From a virus (Duplodnaviria; Caudoviricetes): a stretch of 29,439 nt of DNA. This document shows positions 15,328-24,674 of this stretch, piece after piece. The stretch is from the IMG/VR virus record IMGVR_UViG_3300044297_000136, positions 1 to 29,439 of that record, one strand, 5' to 3'. The notes under the pieces were generated by a model, which did no database searches, had not been told where the DNA came from, and saw only the letters and a program-made list of their open reading frames with translations. The stretch's first letter is position 1. Each line of letters begins with the position of its first letter. The position numbers and the translations under genes are program-made.

Positions 15328-15470
15328 TATTTTCTCAACAATCCAAACTTTTCTAAATATCTCTGAATCGTCATTGCAGAGACCCCGCACTCAAAAGCAA
15401 TTTCAGTAACTGTTTTTTTCTGAACTACATACCTACGATATAACCAATCTTTACTTAAATAAAGTTTCAT
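15327..15470 (-). CDS. small HTH DNA-binding protein (47 aa, not in the ORF track)
   Basis: Manual translation: MKLYLSKDWLYRRYVVQKKTVTEIAFECGVSAMTIQRYLEKFGLLRK*. Coupled at both ends. Confidence 0.8.
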   Translation of the reverse strand: MKLYLSKDWLYRRYVVQKKTVTEIAFECGVSAMTIQRYLEKFGLLRK

Positions 15471-16033
15471 CTTTTTGTAAGCACCTCATTGGCATAGTAG
15501 GCTATACCCATAGAATCAGCAACATCAAAATCATCAAGACCAAGAGAATATTTACTATTAAAATAATCTACTGTTCTTTGTTTTCTGATATTTCTCATTT
15601 TATTTTTATACCAAGAATCTGCATATCCTGGATTTTCTAATCTAAGTTTTTCTTTTTCTGCTTTTGTTGGATTCTTATTTCCGATATGTGCTTGCCAAGC
15701 TGTCGGAGATATTGTGATAACCCTAGCGCCAGTAGACATGAGCTCAGCAATAACCACACCATAGACATATGATAATTTTATCACGGCATCTGGGGATCTG
15801 ACAAGTACCGCACCCTCTACCGCTATATAATCAGACTCTAATTTTTTAAGCATTGCATGTGTCTTTACTTTTGCATCATATATTTTTTCGTAAATATCTG
15901 CACCAACAAATTCAATCTTGCCCCATTTGACTGGTTTATTATTTTCAATAATTGAAAAGGCTATGGAATTGGTGGAGGCATCTATTCCAAGAACACGCTT
16001 AGCCTCTACTTTAACTAATTTAGCTAAGCTCAT
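15467..16033 (-). CDS. ruvC: RuvC-like Holliday junction resolvase
   Basis: VLGIDAS, IAVEG and DVADS acidic motifs. Confidence 0.8.
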   Translation of the reverse strand: MSLAKLVKVEAKRVLGIDASTNSIAFSIIENNKPVKWGKIEFVGADIYEKIYDAKVKTHAMLKKLESDYIAVEGAVLVRSPDAVIKLSYVYGVVIAELMSTGARVITISPTAWQAHIGNKNPTKAEKEKLRLENPGYADSWYKNKMRNIRKQRTVDYFNSKYSLGLDDFDVADSMGIAYYANEVLTKR

Positions 16034-16298
16034 TTAAAATTTCCGATACAATTTCTTTAATATCCAGCCCTATATCTTTGCTACAGGTAGAACAAACATT
16101 GTCTTGATTATATCTACTTAATCTAGCCTTACATATTTTACATGTACGCTTTAAACCTTTTCTGATTGCTTTTTTCTCGTAATATTTTTCCATTATTCTT
16201 TTATTGGTTGCTATTCTACAACATTCATCAGAACAATATTTTTGATTATGTGTTTTGGGTTCGAAGTCTTTTAAACATTCTCTATTTGAACATATCAT
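16020..16298 (-). CDS. Cys-rich Zn-finger protein
   Basis: C....C, F, QKYCS..C, CKIC and CSTC motifs. Confidence 0.75.
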   Translation of the reverse strand: MICSNRECLKDFEPKTHNQKYCSDECCRIATNKRIMEKYYEKKAIRKGLKRTCKICKARLSRYNQDNVCSTCSKDIGLDIKEIVSEILNELS

Positions 16299-17068
16299 TC
16301 TGCCACCGAGTATGGTTCTATCTGAACTGTTCCAGATTCACTAGACCAACATTCTTTATATATTGGACAGTTCTTGCACGTATACGAAGATTTTGTATAT
16401 GGTCTAAATGGAAGGTCACCCTCTAGAATATTATCATGTACTTCAGATAGCCATAAAAATAAATCATCAATTATTTTCTTATTCTTTTCATTCATTTGAA
16501 CGGGTATCACCAGAAGTTCTTGGGTATTCTTATTCTCGTATAAAAAGAAACCCTCGCTTATATCCATTAATTTCATATAAGTTAATATTTGAAGTAGGTG
16601 GTTTTCTGATGGGGTCATTGATGCTTGCTTTGAGTCCCAGACCTCTTGCTTTGCTGTCTTTATTTCACCAATAACATCTTTATCGTGCCAGTCAATAATA
16701 ATATCTATAAATCCTCTTATTGGTGGGCGTACATTGGTTACTTCTAATTCTTCATGCTTAAGTATTCCAATAGACTTAATTAGTTTCTGTATTCTTTCAT
16801 GAGCCTGTGTTCCCTGCTTCATATTAGCAATTGCTATTGAATCATTGTTATCAATAAACATTGCACCTTTGAATGCCATATACCAGTATCTTGAACAATT
16901 TCCATGGCCATATCCAAAAGAGCTAGGACTAAATGATGTTTTTGTGGTGATTTGATTTGCTCTTTTTGTATTTAAATATGCTTCATCCATTAATTCTGAA
17001 AACTCTTTAGGATCAAAATCTCCGGCATATTTTTTAAATTTAAGATTGTTTACAATTTTTCTAGCCAT
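16295..17068 (-). CDS. Cas4-like PD-(D/E)xK exonuclease
   Basis: CSR, GT..HE, GFID and EIKT motifs; Q..TYM; C-terminal CKNCP....C Fe-S motif. Confidence 0.85.
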   Translation of the reverse strand: MARKIVNNLKFKKYAGDFDPKEFSELMDEAYLNTKRANQITTKTSFSPSSFGYGHGNCSRYWYMAFKGAMFIDNNDSIAIANMKQGTQAHERIQKLIKSIGILKHEELEVTNVRPPIRGFIDIIIDWHDKDVIGEIKTAKQEVWDSKQASMTPSENHLLQILTYMKLMDISEGFFLYENKNTQELLVIPVQMNEKNKKIIDDLFLWLSEVHDNILEGDLPFRPYTKSSYTCKNCPIYKECWSSESGTVQIEPYSVAE

Positions 17069-17402
17069 TATATCTCACAACATATTTTAGAGCATCAACT
17101 AATTTATCTATACATTCTCTTGTTGAGTAGTAGATATTCTTTTTATTATTATTTGCCGTTCCAGCTTTATCTTTGGCTATTGTTGAGTAGTAGGCTGCCA
17201 ACATTCCAAACTTTGTTGACAAGGCCTGTAATTCTATAATAAGATGTGGTGCTTTTGCAGCGGGTACATCTGGATTCATTAATAGTTTAACAACAATAGA
17301 TAAAGCCTTATCTAGGCTTTCATCCTGCATGTAATCATGCAAATCATTAAACTCTGTTATCGAGCTTATTAGCTCTAATGTATTTTTATCTTCTACTGAC
17401 AC
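17061..17402 (-). CDS. hypothetical helical protein
   Basis: 113-aa ORF overlapping both neighbours in the recombination block. Confidence 0.7.
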   Translation of the reverse strand: MSVEDKNTLELISSITEFNDLHDYMQDESLDKALSIVVKLLMNPDVPAAKAPHLIIELQALSTKFGMLAAYYSTIAKDKAGTANNNKKNIYYSTRECIDKLVDALKYVVRYNG

Positions 17403-17689
17403 TGCTCCACCATCTGTTCAAATAAAGACCACTCTATAACAGCAAGTCTTGTTTTATTATTATCTTTACCCAGTATTAGTTTGAGTACTGGATATTTATC
17501 CCTACTGACCTTAAAAGTATCAGTACAAATTTTTGCCCAAATGTTTTGCGATATGGAAATACTCTTTTCATATTCTTTGTAATCAACCACAAAATCATTC
17601 CACTGGGCATCACCCTTTTGGTAATTACCACGCCCACTATTTTTTTGTTGTTTTGCTCCGTCACGCTTAGCCTCTGATCTTTCAGACAT
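17393..17689 (-). CDS. small PD-(D/E)xK nuclease, Hjc-like resolvase
   Basis: E...NSGRG..KGD...VDYK pattern. Confidence 0.6.
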   Translation of the reverse strand: MSERSEAKRDGAKQQKNSGRGNYQKGDAQWNDFVVDYKEYEKSISISQNIWAKICTDTFKVSRDKYPVLKLILGKDNNKTRLAVIEWSLFEQMVEQCQ

Positions 17690-17886
17690 TAATTATTCAC
17701 CCTAAATGTATTGCTATGTCCATTTGTGCAATTCCAGATCATGGTATATGTTAACGGATCCCAATAATAAAATTCAGCATCTAGATCGCATTCGTAACAT
17801 GGTTTAGATCCATTTATTTTTTTCCAACCAACAGGTACCTCCGATTTTGGTGGCTCTGGGTTAATGAATTCATTAATATTTGGCAT
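17689..17886 (-). CDS. Zn-ribbon hypothetical protein
   Basis: CYEC and WNCTNGH motifs. Confidence 0.7.
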   Translation of the reverse strand: MPNINEFINPEPPKSEVPVGWKKINGSKPCYECDLDAEFYYWDPLTYTMIWNCTNGHSNTFRVNN

Positions 17887-18877
17887 CTATTTCTTTTCTA
17901 AGAATGTCTACAACATCTGGATTATCTTTTAAATACTGTACTGCTTTTGCCCTACCTTGTATTCTTTCTCCATTGACTGTGTACCATGCCCCGCCCTTTT
18001 CAACAATTCCACACATTTCTGCAATGTCTAGGGTTTCTCCAATATAATCAATACCAAGCATATCTCCTTGATAATAAAAGTCATATTGACCCGATAGGTT
18101 TGGCGGACCAACTTTATTATAATCAACAATCCAGTTTACTGGGCGACCAACCTTTTGTTCAATTATTTTATCGCCAACTCTAATTCCAGATTTAATTGCG
18201 TTTGCTTCAGCCTCTGAGCTCCACAATTTAATTACGGTTGATGAGAAGAACTTGACTGCCATTCCTCCGGTAGGTATATGGCTGGCATGCATTGAGCCAA
18301 ATTGATTTCTTTGTTGAGATATTAGGACAAGCAAAGTATTTTTATTTGCATAGTTCAACATCTTGACTGCATGTGTCATATCCTTTGCCTCAGCGCCAAT
18401 TTGTTTTGTATCTTCTAGTTTTTTGAGTTCCGTACTATCTTTTTCAAAATAAATAGCTGGAAGTAAGGCTGAAATAGAATCAACAACAATCATGTCAACA
18501 TTGGCTTCCATGAGTTGGGTTGCTACATCTACCATATCATTAACTGTTTTTGCTTGTGAGTAGATAAGGGAAGACGAATCTACCCCAAGAGATTCTGCCC
18601 ATTCTTTAGAATAAGAATGTTCCGCATCAATCCAAGCACAAGTTTTTCCAGCTTTTTGTGCATTGGCTATCATCTGCAAACAGAATGAAGATTTACCAGC
18701 AGACTTATTTCCCCAAATGAGAACTTGTCTACCAAAGGCTAATCCGCCTTTTAAAGCAAAATTCAATCCAACGCTAGGGGTTGCTTGTTTTTCTATGTTT
18801 ACTTCTTGTGCAGATTTTACTCTTGCTCTTGTTTTTGGATCTAGTTTTGCTAATAAATCTTCTAATATAACAGTCAT
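17873..18877 (-). CDS. recA: RecA/UvsX-like recombinase
   Basis: GNKSAGKS, WIDAEHS, IVVDSISAL, PTGGMAVKFFSS and GAWY motifs. Extended -10 TGG-TATAAT at 18897-18905. Confidence 0.93.
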   Translation of the reverse strand: MTVILEDLLAKLDPKTRARVKSAQEVNIEKQATPSVGLNFALKGGLAFGRQVLIWGNKSAGKSSFCLQMIANAQKAGKTCAWIDAEHSYSKEWAESLGVDSSSLIYSQAKTVNDMVDVATQLMEANVDMIVVDSISALLPAIYFEKDSTELKKLEDTKQIGAEAKDMTHAVKMLNYANKNTLLVLISQQRNQFGSMHASHIPTGGMAVKFFSSTVIKLWSSEAEANAIKSGIRVGDKIIEQKVGRPVNWIVDYNKVGPPNLSGQYDFYYQGDMLGIDYIGETLDIAEMCGIVEKGGAWYTVNGERIQGRAKAVQYLKDNPDVVDILRKEIDAKY

Positions 18878-18905
18878 TATCTTCTTTCTTTATAATATTA
18901 TACCA

Positions 18906-19247
18906 TTAAAATGCGTTTCCGTGAAGTCTTGGTCTGTCTTTATTTATACAAATTTTATTATGAAGAACTTCATCTAAACTATGTAATATCACTTCTTCAT
19001 TTTTCATTGCTGCATATACATCGAGCAATCTAATAATTACATCTGCAATTTCTTCAACAATTTTTTCAGAACCATGACTTTTTCTTAATGCTTCTAAGAC
19101 TTCAGTAACTTCTGAATGTACCAATGCAAGTTTTAAACCAACTTTGTCATTAGTATATTCACCATCCCAAAAGCCTTTTTCTATTGCTGTGTCGTGCAGA
19201 ATTTGAGAAAGTTCATCAAATCCTTTACTCTTCAGTAGATTGTTCAT
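18906..19247 (-). CDS. MazG-like NTP pyrophosphatase
   Basis: HSEVTEVLEALRK...EEIADVIIRLLD, and a terminal N..RP..HG. Confidence 0.82.
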   Translation of the reverse strand: MNNLLKSKGFDELSQILHDTAIEKGFWDGEYTNDKVGLKLALVHSEVTEVLEALRKSHGSEKIVEEIADVIIRLLDVYAAMKNEEVILHSLDEVLHNKICINKDRPRLHGNAF

Positions 19248-19446
19248 CCTCTGCGACCTTTTCTCTCAACTTAAATTCAAAGCAATTGGTGGCATCATCA
19301 TAGCTAATCATAAGTTCTTTATCTACATTTGTATACTCTATAAATGAGTTTACTGAAATAGATACTGTTTTTACCTCTGCTAATACTGCCGACAAAATTC
19401 TTGATGCCGTCATAGTCTTTAATACATCTTCAACTTGCTGATTCAT
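19225..19446 (-). CDS. hypothetical protein
   Basis: TAATG coupling to the dnaE stop. Confidence 0.7.
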   Translation of the reverse strand: MNQQVEDVLKTMTASRILSAVLAEVKTVSISVNSFIEYTNVDKELMISYDDATNCFEFKLREKVAEDEQSTEE

Positions 19447-22400
19447 TATTTTATTTCTCCTATCATTAATGTTCCATCATCTAATTTAGACAATTTTGGT
19501 TTACAAATCATTCCTTCTCTCATTTTTGCAAGAGTAATCTTATACATGGATGAAAAGGCAATTGCTCTAGTCAGAGTTTTATCTTTATCTGACATTATAA
19601 TATGTGACATCATTTTACCCTTACTGGTTTTATAAGGGTTGAAATTAATCACAATTTGTTCATCTTCTTTTATATCGTATGAATTTAAGTATAGATATCT
19701 AACAAATGGATCGTCTGATTCTCTATTAATATCTGATACCTTTACATATCTTGCGATACGATTATCTCCAACTAATATAAAATACATCTGGTTTGTTTCA
19801 ATCTGTGTTTGTTCATGGTGGAATAATCCTATAGAACCAGTTTCATCAACCAACTCTATTCTAGCCCATCCATTTCCTCTTTTAATATTTTTAACCATAC
19901 CAAACATTACAAAAGAACCAAGCGGATCAAAGTCTTCGATTGGTCTGGCTTGAGCTTTAATCTTGGGTGGTATGGAATCTAGATTAAATGTTGGTATTCC
20001 AAGATATTCATAATAATTATCTTTTTCATTTCCGGATCTTTCATTGTCTTTAAAAGCTGCACCACCGATAGCATTTAAAGCCGTTACTGCTCTTGAATTT
20101 ATACCGCTACCCTTTTTGGTTGCCTTTGTAATAAATTCTGAATAATTTTTATAAGGTCTTTTTTCTATAATCTTGTTGGCTATGCTATCTGAAATAAATT
20201 TAACTTGTGCCAAACCAAATCGAATTGAGTCTCCTTGTAATGAGAAATCAACATCTGATTCATTAATGTGCGGTAAAAGTATTTTGATTCCAAGTCTTTT
20301 GGACTCAATCAGGTATTCCGTTTTAGCATCCTTGTCACTTTCATTTTTAAGAACAGAAAACATAAACTCAGTAGGATAGTAGTACTTAAGCCAAGCCGTA
20401 TAATAACTAAGCATACTATAAGCGATAGCGTGACTGCGATTAAACGAGTAGCCCGCATGAGCTTCAAAAGTCTGCCATAGCGTTTCTGCTTGTTTCTTAG
20501 AAATGTGTTCTGAAGCGCCATCAATAAACTTATCCTTGAATTGGTCGAATTCTCTTGCATCCTTTTTCTTTCCAATAATTTTTCTAACTTTGTCGGCCTC
20601 CGACCAACTCATTCCACCTAAATGCACACATGCTTGCATAACTTGTTCTTGATATATAATTACGCCATATGTATTTTCTGTAAATGGTTTCATGATCGGG
20701 TGAATATATTGTACTGCTTGCTTTCCATTTTTTCTATCAATATATAAAGATCCAACAGTATTCATTGCTCCTGGTCTTACAAGAGCATTAGATGCTGCTA
20801 GGTCTTCGAATGAACTAATTCCCATCTTTATTAAAAGATTAGTATAGGGTGTTGCTTCCGCTTGGAATACACCTTTAGTATATCCGTCGCTTAACATCTT
20901 AAAAACATTTTTATCATTTAATTCTAAATCAGATAAATTGATTTTTTTACCATGACGAGATTCAATAGCTTGTAAGGAATCAGAAATAATTGATAGGGCT
21001 TTTAACCCAAGAGCATCGAGTTTGATTAGTCCTATGTCTGCTACAGTATCCATATCATATGCCACTACTGGTATTCTTCCAGAAACTTTATCTTGTGGAT
21101 CTTCTCTAGATTCCATGGGAGCATATTTTCTAATCTCATCTTTAGCAACAACGACTCCGGCAGCATGTACTCCAACGCTTCTGATCTTGCCACGCAATCT
21201 TTCGGCTAGCCAAGTTACTTCTGGATACTTTGTTCTAAATTCTTTAGTGTTTGGTGATTCTAGATAATCTTCAAAAGTATCAACAGACTTTAATGCCTTA
21301 TTCACATCCTGAAGCGGAACCATAAATACTCTAGCAGCATCACGAATAACACCTTTATCTTTAAAGTATGTAAAGGTAGAAATTGATGCCACATTTTTAA
21401 ATTTCTTTTTTAAATAATCTTTAACTTCTTTACGACGGCGATCTTCAAAATCAGTATCAATATCTGGAAAATCATTACGCTCTGGATTAATAAATCTAAA
21501 AAACAATAAGTCGTGTTCAATTGGGTCTACGTCAGTAATACCTAAACAGTAGCAAACTAACGATCCCGCTGCAGAACCTCTACCTGGGCCGACCATAATA
21601 TTATTTGTTTTTGCCCAGTTAATCATGTCAGCAACTACTAAAAAGTATGAAGCAAACTTTTTCTGTGAAATAACTCCAAGCTCTTCATTAAGTCTATCTA
21701 TATATTTTTCTTTTGAATCTAATCCAAGGCTTTTTAAACCTGACTCTGCAAGTTCACGCAACTTCTTATCCGCATTTGTCTTGGGTACAGGCAAGAGGTC
21801 TAGGTTACTATTAAACTCATATTCAGAAACCTTTTCTGCAACCTCTAATGTGTTTTCATAAATATCTTTTCTAAGAATCCCAGCCTTTTTAAAATCATCT
21901 TCGATTTCTTCTCTAGACTGTATAAATAAATTAAAATCTTGAAAAGATATTCTTCTATCTGGATAGATATAATTAAATCTATCAAGCATATTTGGAATAT
22001 TGCGTGACATTTCAAACTCTGAATCTTTATTCATTTTTGGATTAGTAGATAGGATCAGCATTGCTTCTTCTAAAACTTTATCTTCGCCTTTAGCAAAATG
22101 GGCATCTCCAGTTGCTACCGATTTTATGCCAAGTTCATCTGCAAGATCAAGTAAAGTTTGATTAATATTTAATGGATTATGTGACTGTACTTCCACATAA
22201 AAATCTTCTTTAAATGTTTGTTTAAACCATTTTAATAAAAGTCTGGCGGAAGATAGATCTTCTTTTTCTATAGCCTTACTAATTAATCCATTAAGGCAAC
22301 CGCTTAAAACAATAATGCCTTCGGCATATTCTTTTAATACTTCACGATCAATTCTTGGTTTATGATAAAATCCCTCATTCCAAGCAATTTCTTGTAATGC

Positions 22401-22715
22401 GTTTATATTCTTTAATCCAGTATTATTTTTAGCCAGTAGGATAATGTGATTATATGCTTGGGTGGTTTTATCTGTTTTAGAACTCTTATCAAACCTATCT
22501 GTTGGTGATATGTAGGCTTCCACTCCAAGTATTGGCTTTATATCTAATTCTTTACATGCTATTTGAAAGTCTCTATGTGATGATAATGTTCCATGATCTG
22601 TTATTGCTATAGAATTCTGTCCTGCATCTTTTGCTGCTTTAGCAAGTTCGGCAGGAGAGTTAAGGCCATCCATTAATGAGTAATAGGAATGAACATGAAG
22701 GTGTACAAATGACAC
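19446..22715 (-). CDS. dnaE: DNA polymerase III alpha subunit (family C)
   Basis: PHP domain (HLHVHSYYS, ITDHG, DAH), GRGSAAGSL, PDIDTD, HAAG, KLDALGL and YSFNRSH. GTG start after GGAG. Confidence 0.96.
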   Translation of the reverse strand: MSFVHLHVHSYYSLMDGLNSPAELAKAAKDAGQNSIAITDHGTLSSHRDFQIACKELDIKPILGVEAYISPTDRFDKSSKTDKTTQAYNHIILLAKNNTGLKNINALQEIAWNEGFYHKPRIDREVLKEYAEGIIVLSGCLNGLISKAIEKEDLSSARLLLKWFKQTFKEDFYVEVQSHNPLNINQTLLDLADELGIKSVATGDAHFAKGEDKVLEEAMLILSTNPKMNKDSEFEMSRNIPNMLDRFNYIYPDRRISFQDFNLFIQSREEIEDDFKKAGILRKDIYENTLEVAEKVSEYEFNSNLDLLPVPKTNADKKLRELAESGLKSLGLDSKEKYIDRLNEELGVISQKKFASYFLVVADMINWAKTNNIMVGPGRGSAAGSLVCYCLGITDVDPIEHDLLFFRFINPERNDFPDIDTDFEDRRRKEVKDYLKKKFKNVASISTFTYFKDKGVIRDAARVFMVPLQDVNKALKSVDTFEDYLESPNTKEFRTKYPEVTWLAERLRGKIRSVGVHAAGVVVAKDEIRKYAPMESREDPQDKVSGRIPVVAYDMDTVADIGLIKLDALGLKALSIISDSLQAIESRHGKKINLSDLELNDKNVFKMLSDGYTKGVFQAEATPYTNLLIKMGISSFEDLAASNALVRPGAMNTVGSLYIDRKNGKQAVQYIHPIMKPFTENTYGVIIYQEQVMQACVHLGGMSWSEADKVRKIIGKKKDAREFDQFKDKFIDGASEHISKKQAETLWQTFEAHAGYSFNRSHAIAYSMLSYYTAWLKYYYPTEFMFSVLKNESDKDAKTEYLIESKRLGIKILLPHINESDVDFSLQGDSIRFGLAQVKFISDSIANKIIEKRPYKNYSEFITKATKKGSGINSRAVTALNAIGGAAFKDNERSGNEKDNYYEYLGIPTFNLDSIPPKIKAQARPIEDFDPLGSFVMFGMVKNIKRGNGWARIELVDETGSIGLFHHEQTQIETNQMYFILVGDNRIARYVKVSDINRESDDPFVRYLYLNSYDIKEDEQIVINFNPYKTSKGKMMSHIIMSDKDKTLTRAIAFSSMYKITLAKMREGMICKPKLSKLDDGTLMIGEIK

Positions 22716-22734
22716 TTAACTCTCCGCCTCTACT

Positions 22735-23400
22735 TTACCAGTCTAAATCGCTAGAAGATTTAGAATCTTGCTCAGAATCTTCCCCATTAAAGAATGACTC
22801 TTGCTCATCATATGGCAAATCACGAACTGCAACTTCTTCAAGTTTGTACAGTTCTAATGCACTATGATCAAATGGAGCTTCATCTTTTGCTAGAGGAATT
22901 GCGGTATAACTTGTATCTGTTTTGAGTCCGGTTCTTTTGATTCTCCACATTAGATTACTAATGCTTCCCATTTCTCCGGCATACTCAATTAGCGTTGGTG
23001 TAATTGTCTTGCCACTTGAACCTTGAGAAAGAATAGCGACATATGGATCTTCCTTGCCATCATCAACTAGAACATTAATGTATAGGCGTGACTTGCCCTT
23101 CCATCCTGCCTTGTAATTCTTTCTGTGTTGTTCACAGCCCCAGCACTTGCCTTGATCTTCCATTGTGCATAGAGCTTTCTTTCTATAGTCTGCTGGATTG
23201 GTGTGCTCTACGGCAATAAACCCTAGACCAGATGAATCAATATAACTTTCTGAATCAGGATCCAGCTCCTGAAGAAATCTTACTTTAACGCTTTCGCCAT
23301 CTTCTAACTTTACCCATCTGGCTTTGCTTCCATCTCCACCAGATGATTGTGGCTTGTCTAATGCTTTATTAAGTTGTTTTAGTCCTTTTACGATACCCAT
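22735..23400 (-). CDS. probable single-stranded DNA-binding protein (gp32-like)
   Basis: KVRFL...H...C...C..C Zn motif, IKRTG...DTSY, acidic tail ending in Trp; located between primase and polymerase. Confidence 0.7.
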   Translation of the reverse strand: MGIVKGLKQLNKALDKPQSSGGDGSKARWVKLEDGESVKVRFLQELDPDSESYIDSSGLGFIAVEHTNPADYRKKALCTMEDQGKCWGCEQHRKNYKAGWKGKSRLYINVLVDDGKEDPYVAILSQGSSGKTITPTLIEYAGEMGSISNLMWRIKRTGLKTDTSYTAIPLAKDEAPFDHSALELYKLEEVAVRDLPYDEQESFFNGEDSEQDSKSSSDLDW

Positions 23401-23445
23401 TTCTTCTCCTTATATTTGACGGTATAGATCCGACTGTTTGTTTTT

Positions 23446-24420
23446 TTAGGGGTTCCAATTTCGATACTCAAAATCAGATACCGAGTTTTTGATACAGAGT
23501 TTTATTTCATCCTCTGTCATATCCCCGGCATCTTTTGCATCGTGTGGATATATCTTACCATAAGAATGCGAAGCCCACAAGATCTCCTTGTTTTTTAACC
23601 TTGAAGATATTGCATTTCCTAAAGCTCTACCAGCCTCATCTGAGTCTGTCATGATGATAATTCTGTTAAAGTACCTATTTAACAAATTAATATTATCTTG
23701 GGATATGTGTCCACCTAGCGTGGCAACAACATTTGGGAATCCGGATTGATGTACTCTTATGGCGTCAAAACTAGATTCTACAATGATAACATTGCCACCA
23801 ATTCTTTTTGCTCTATGAATATTAAATAGTGTTTTGTTCTTGGGTAGGTCATTGCTATTTTTAAATTTTTTACTTTCTATTGATCTGCCTACAATTCCTA
23901 CAGGAATTCCGTCTGGACTATGAACTGGTACTGTAACCATTTTACGCTTTTCAGAATACCCCAATTCAAAATAATCCATAGATTCATTATTAATTCCTCT
24001 AGAGATAAAATAGTCACAAGCTTCTTTACTACCCTGTCTTTCCTGTAACAATTTAACCAATGTGTCTTTAGAAAATTCTATAAAGTCTTCTTTTTCCTCT
24101 ATCGCATTTTTCAATAACTCATCAAAATTATCTTCTATTTGTTTTTCTTTTGATGCTATAAATCTAATTGCTTGGTAATCATTGACATGCATTACGCCTT
24201 TGACTAGTTCTATAAGAGTTCCAGATTGACCGCAGGATGGATTAAAGCATATCCATGCACCGGATGCCTCATTAATGCTACAACTTGGTGTGTGTATATT
24301 GTTATGGAATGGGCAATAGAACGGTATCTGATCGCCGGATTCATTAAAATGATGTACGCCTAAAGATTTAATTATTTCTAGGACGTGGCCCGGGGCATAT
24401 TGCGTGGAACTAATTTCCAT
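23446..24420 (-). CDS. dnaG: DNA primase (Zn-binding + TOPRIM)
   Basis: CPFH...PS...CFNPSC, LFN, VES.FDA, ATLG and DSD.AG motifs; KDAGD. Confidence 0.9.
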   Translation of the reverse strand: MEISSTQYAPGHVLEIIKSLGVHHFNESGDQIPFYCPFHNNIHTPSCSINEASGAWICFNPSCGQSGTLIELVKGVMHVNDYQAIRFIASKEKQIEDNFDELLKNAIEEKEDFIEFSKDTLVKLLQERQGSKEACDYFISRGINNESMDYFELGYSEKRKMVTVPVHSPDGIPVGIVGRSIESKKFKNSNDLPKNKTLFNIHRAKRIGGNVIIVESSFDAIRVHQSGFPNVVATLGGHISQDNINLLNRYFNRIIIMTDSDEAGRALGNAISSRLKNKEILWASHSYGKIYPHDAKDAGDMTEDEIKLCIKNSVSDFEYRNWNP

Positions 24421-24674
24421 TGTGCTATACCATCAAACTTTCTTGCTTTCCTTTTGCCAACATACATTCCGTACATTGTCATTTTGAACTTCCACCTATT
24501 TAATAAATTATTATAATCTATTTGCCAGATTGGGTCAAGGTCTAGTATTCTTACATATCCTGTATCCATCATCATGTTATCAATAATGTTTTCAACATTT
24601 TGCTTTGTTGAGTGGATTACTGAATCGTCTTTTAGCTCACCGTCAACAGAAAACATCTTGATAGGTTTATGCAT
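24378..24674 (-). CDS. hypothetical protein
   Basis: 98-aa ORF between helicase and primase. Confidence 0.7.
   Translation of the reverse strand: MHKPIKMFSVDGELKDDSVIHSTKQNVENIIDNMMMDTGYVRILDLDPIWQIDYNNLLNRWKFKMTMYGMYVGKRKARKFDGIAQWKLVPRNMPRATS

Noticed and set aside
15328-15390. Track start at 15390 for the DUF1599-like ORF
   Set aside because: That extension overlaps a convincing 47-aa HTH gene; ATG 15327 gives a TAATG coupling.
16295-17068. Cas4-like gene as evidence of a CRISPR system
   Set aside because: I saw no repeat-spacer array or other cas genes; solo Cas4-like nucleases are common in phage recombination modules.
14120-20575. Nested minus-strand ORFs 14120..14341, 17476..17664 and 20309..20575
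   Set aside because: They are alternate frames inside terL, the resolvase-like gene and dnaE, with no independent support.
23401-23446. T4 gene-32-style autoregulatory structure upstream of the SSB gene
   Set aside because: Only a 3-bp CGG/CCG stem is visible, which is too weak to support.
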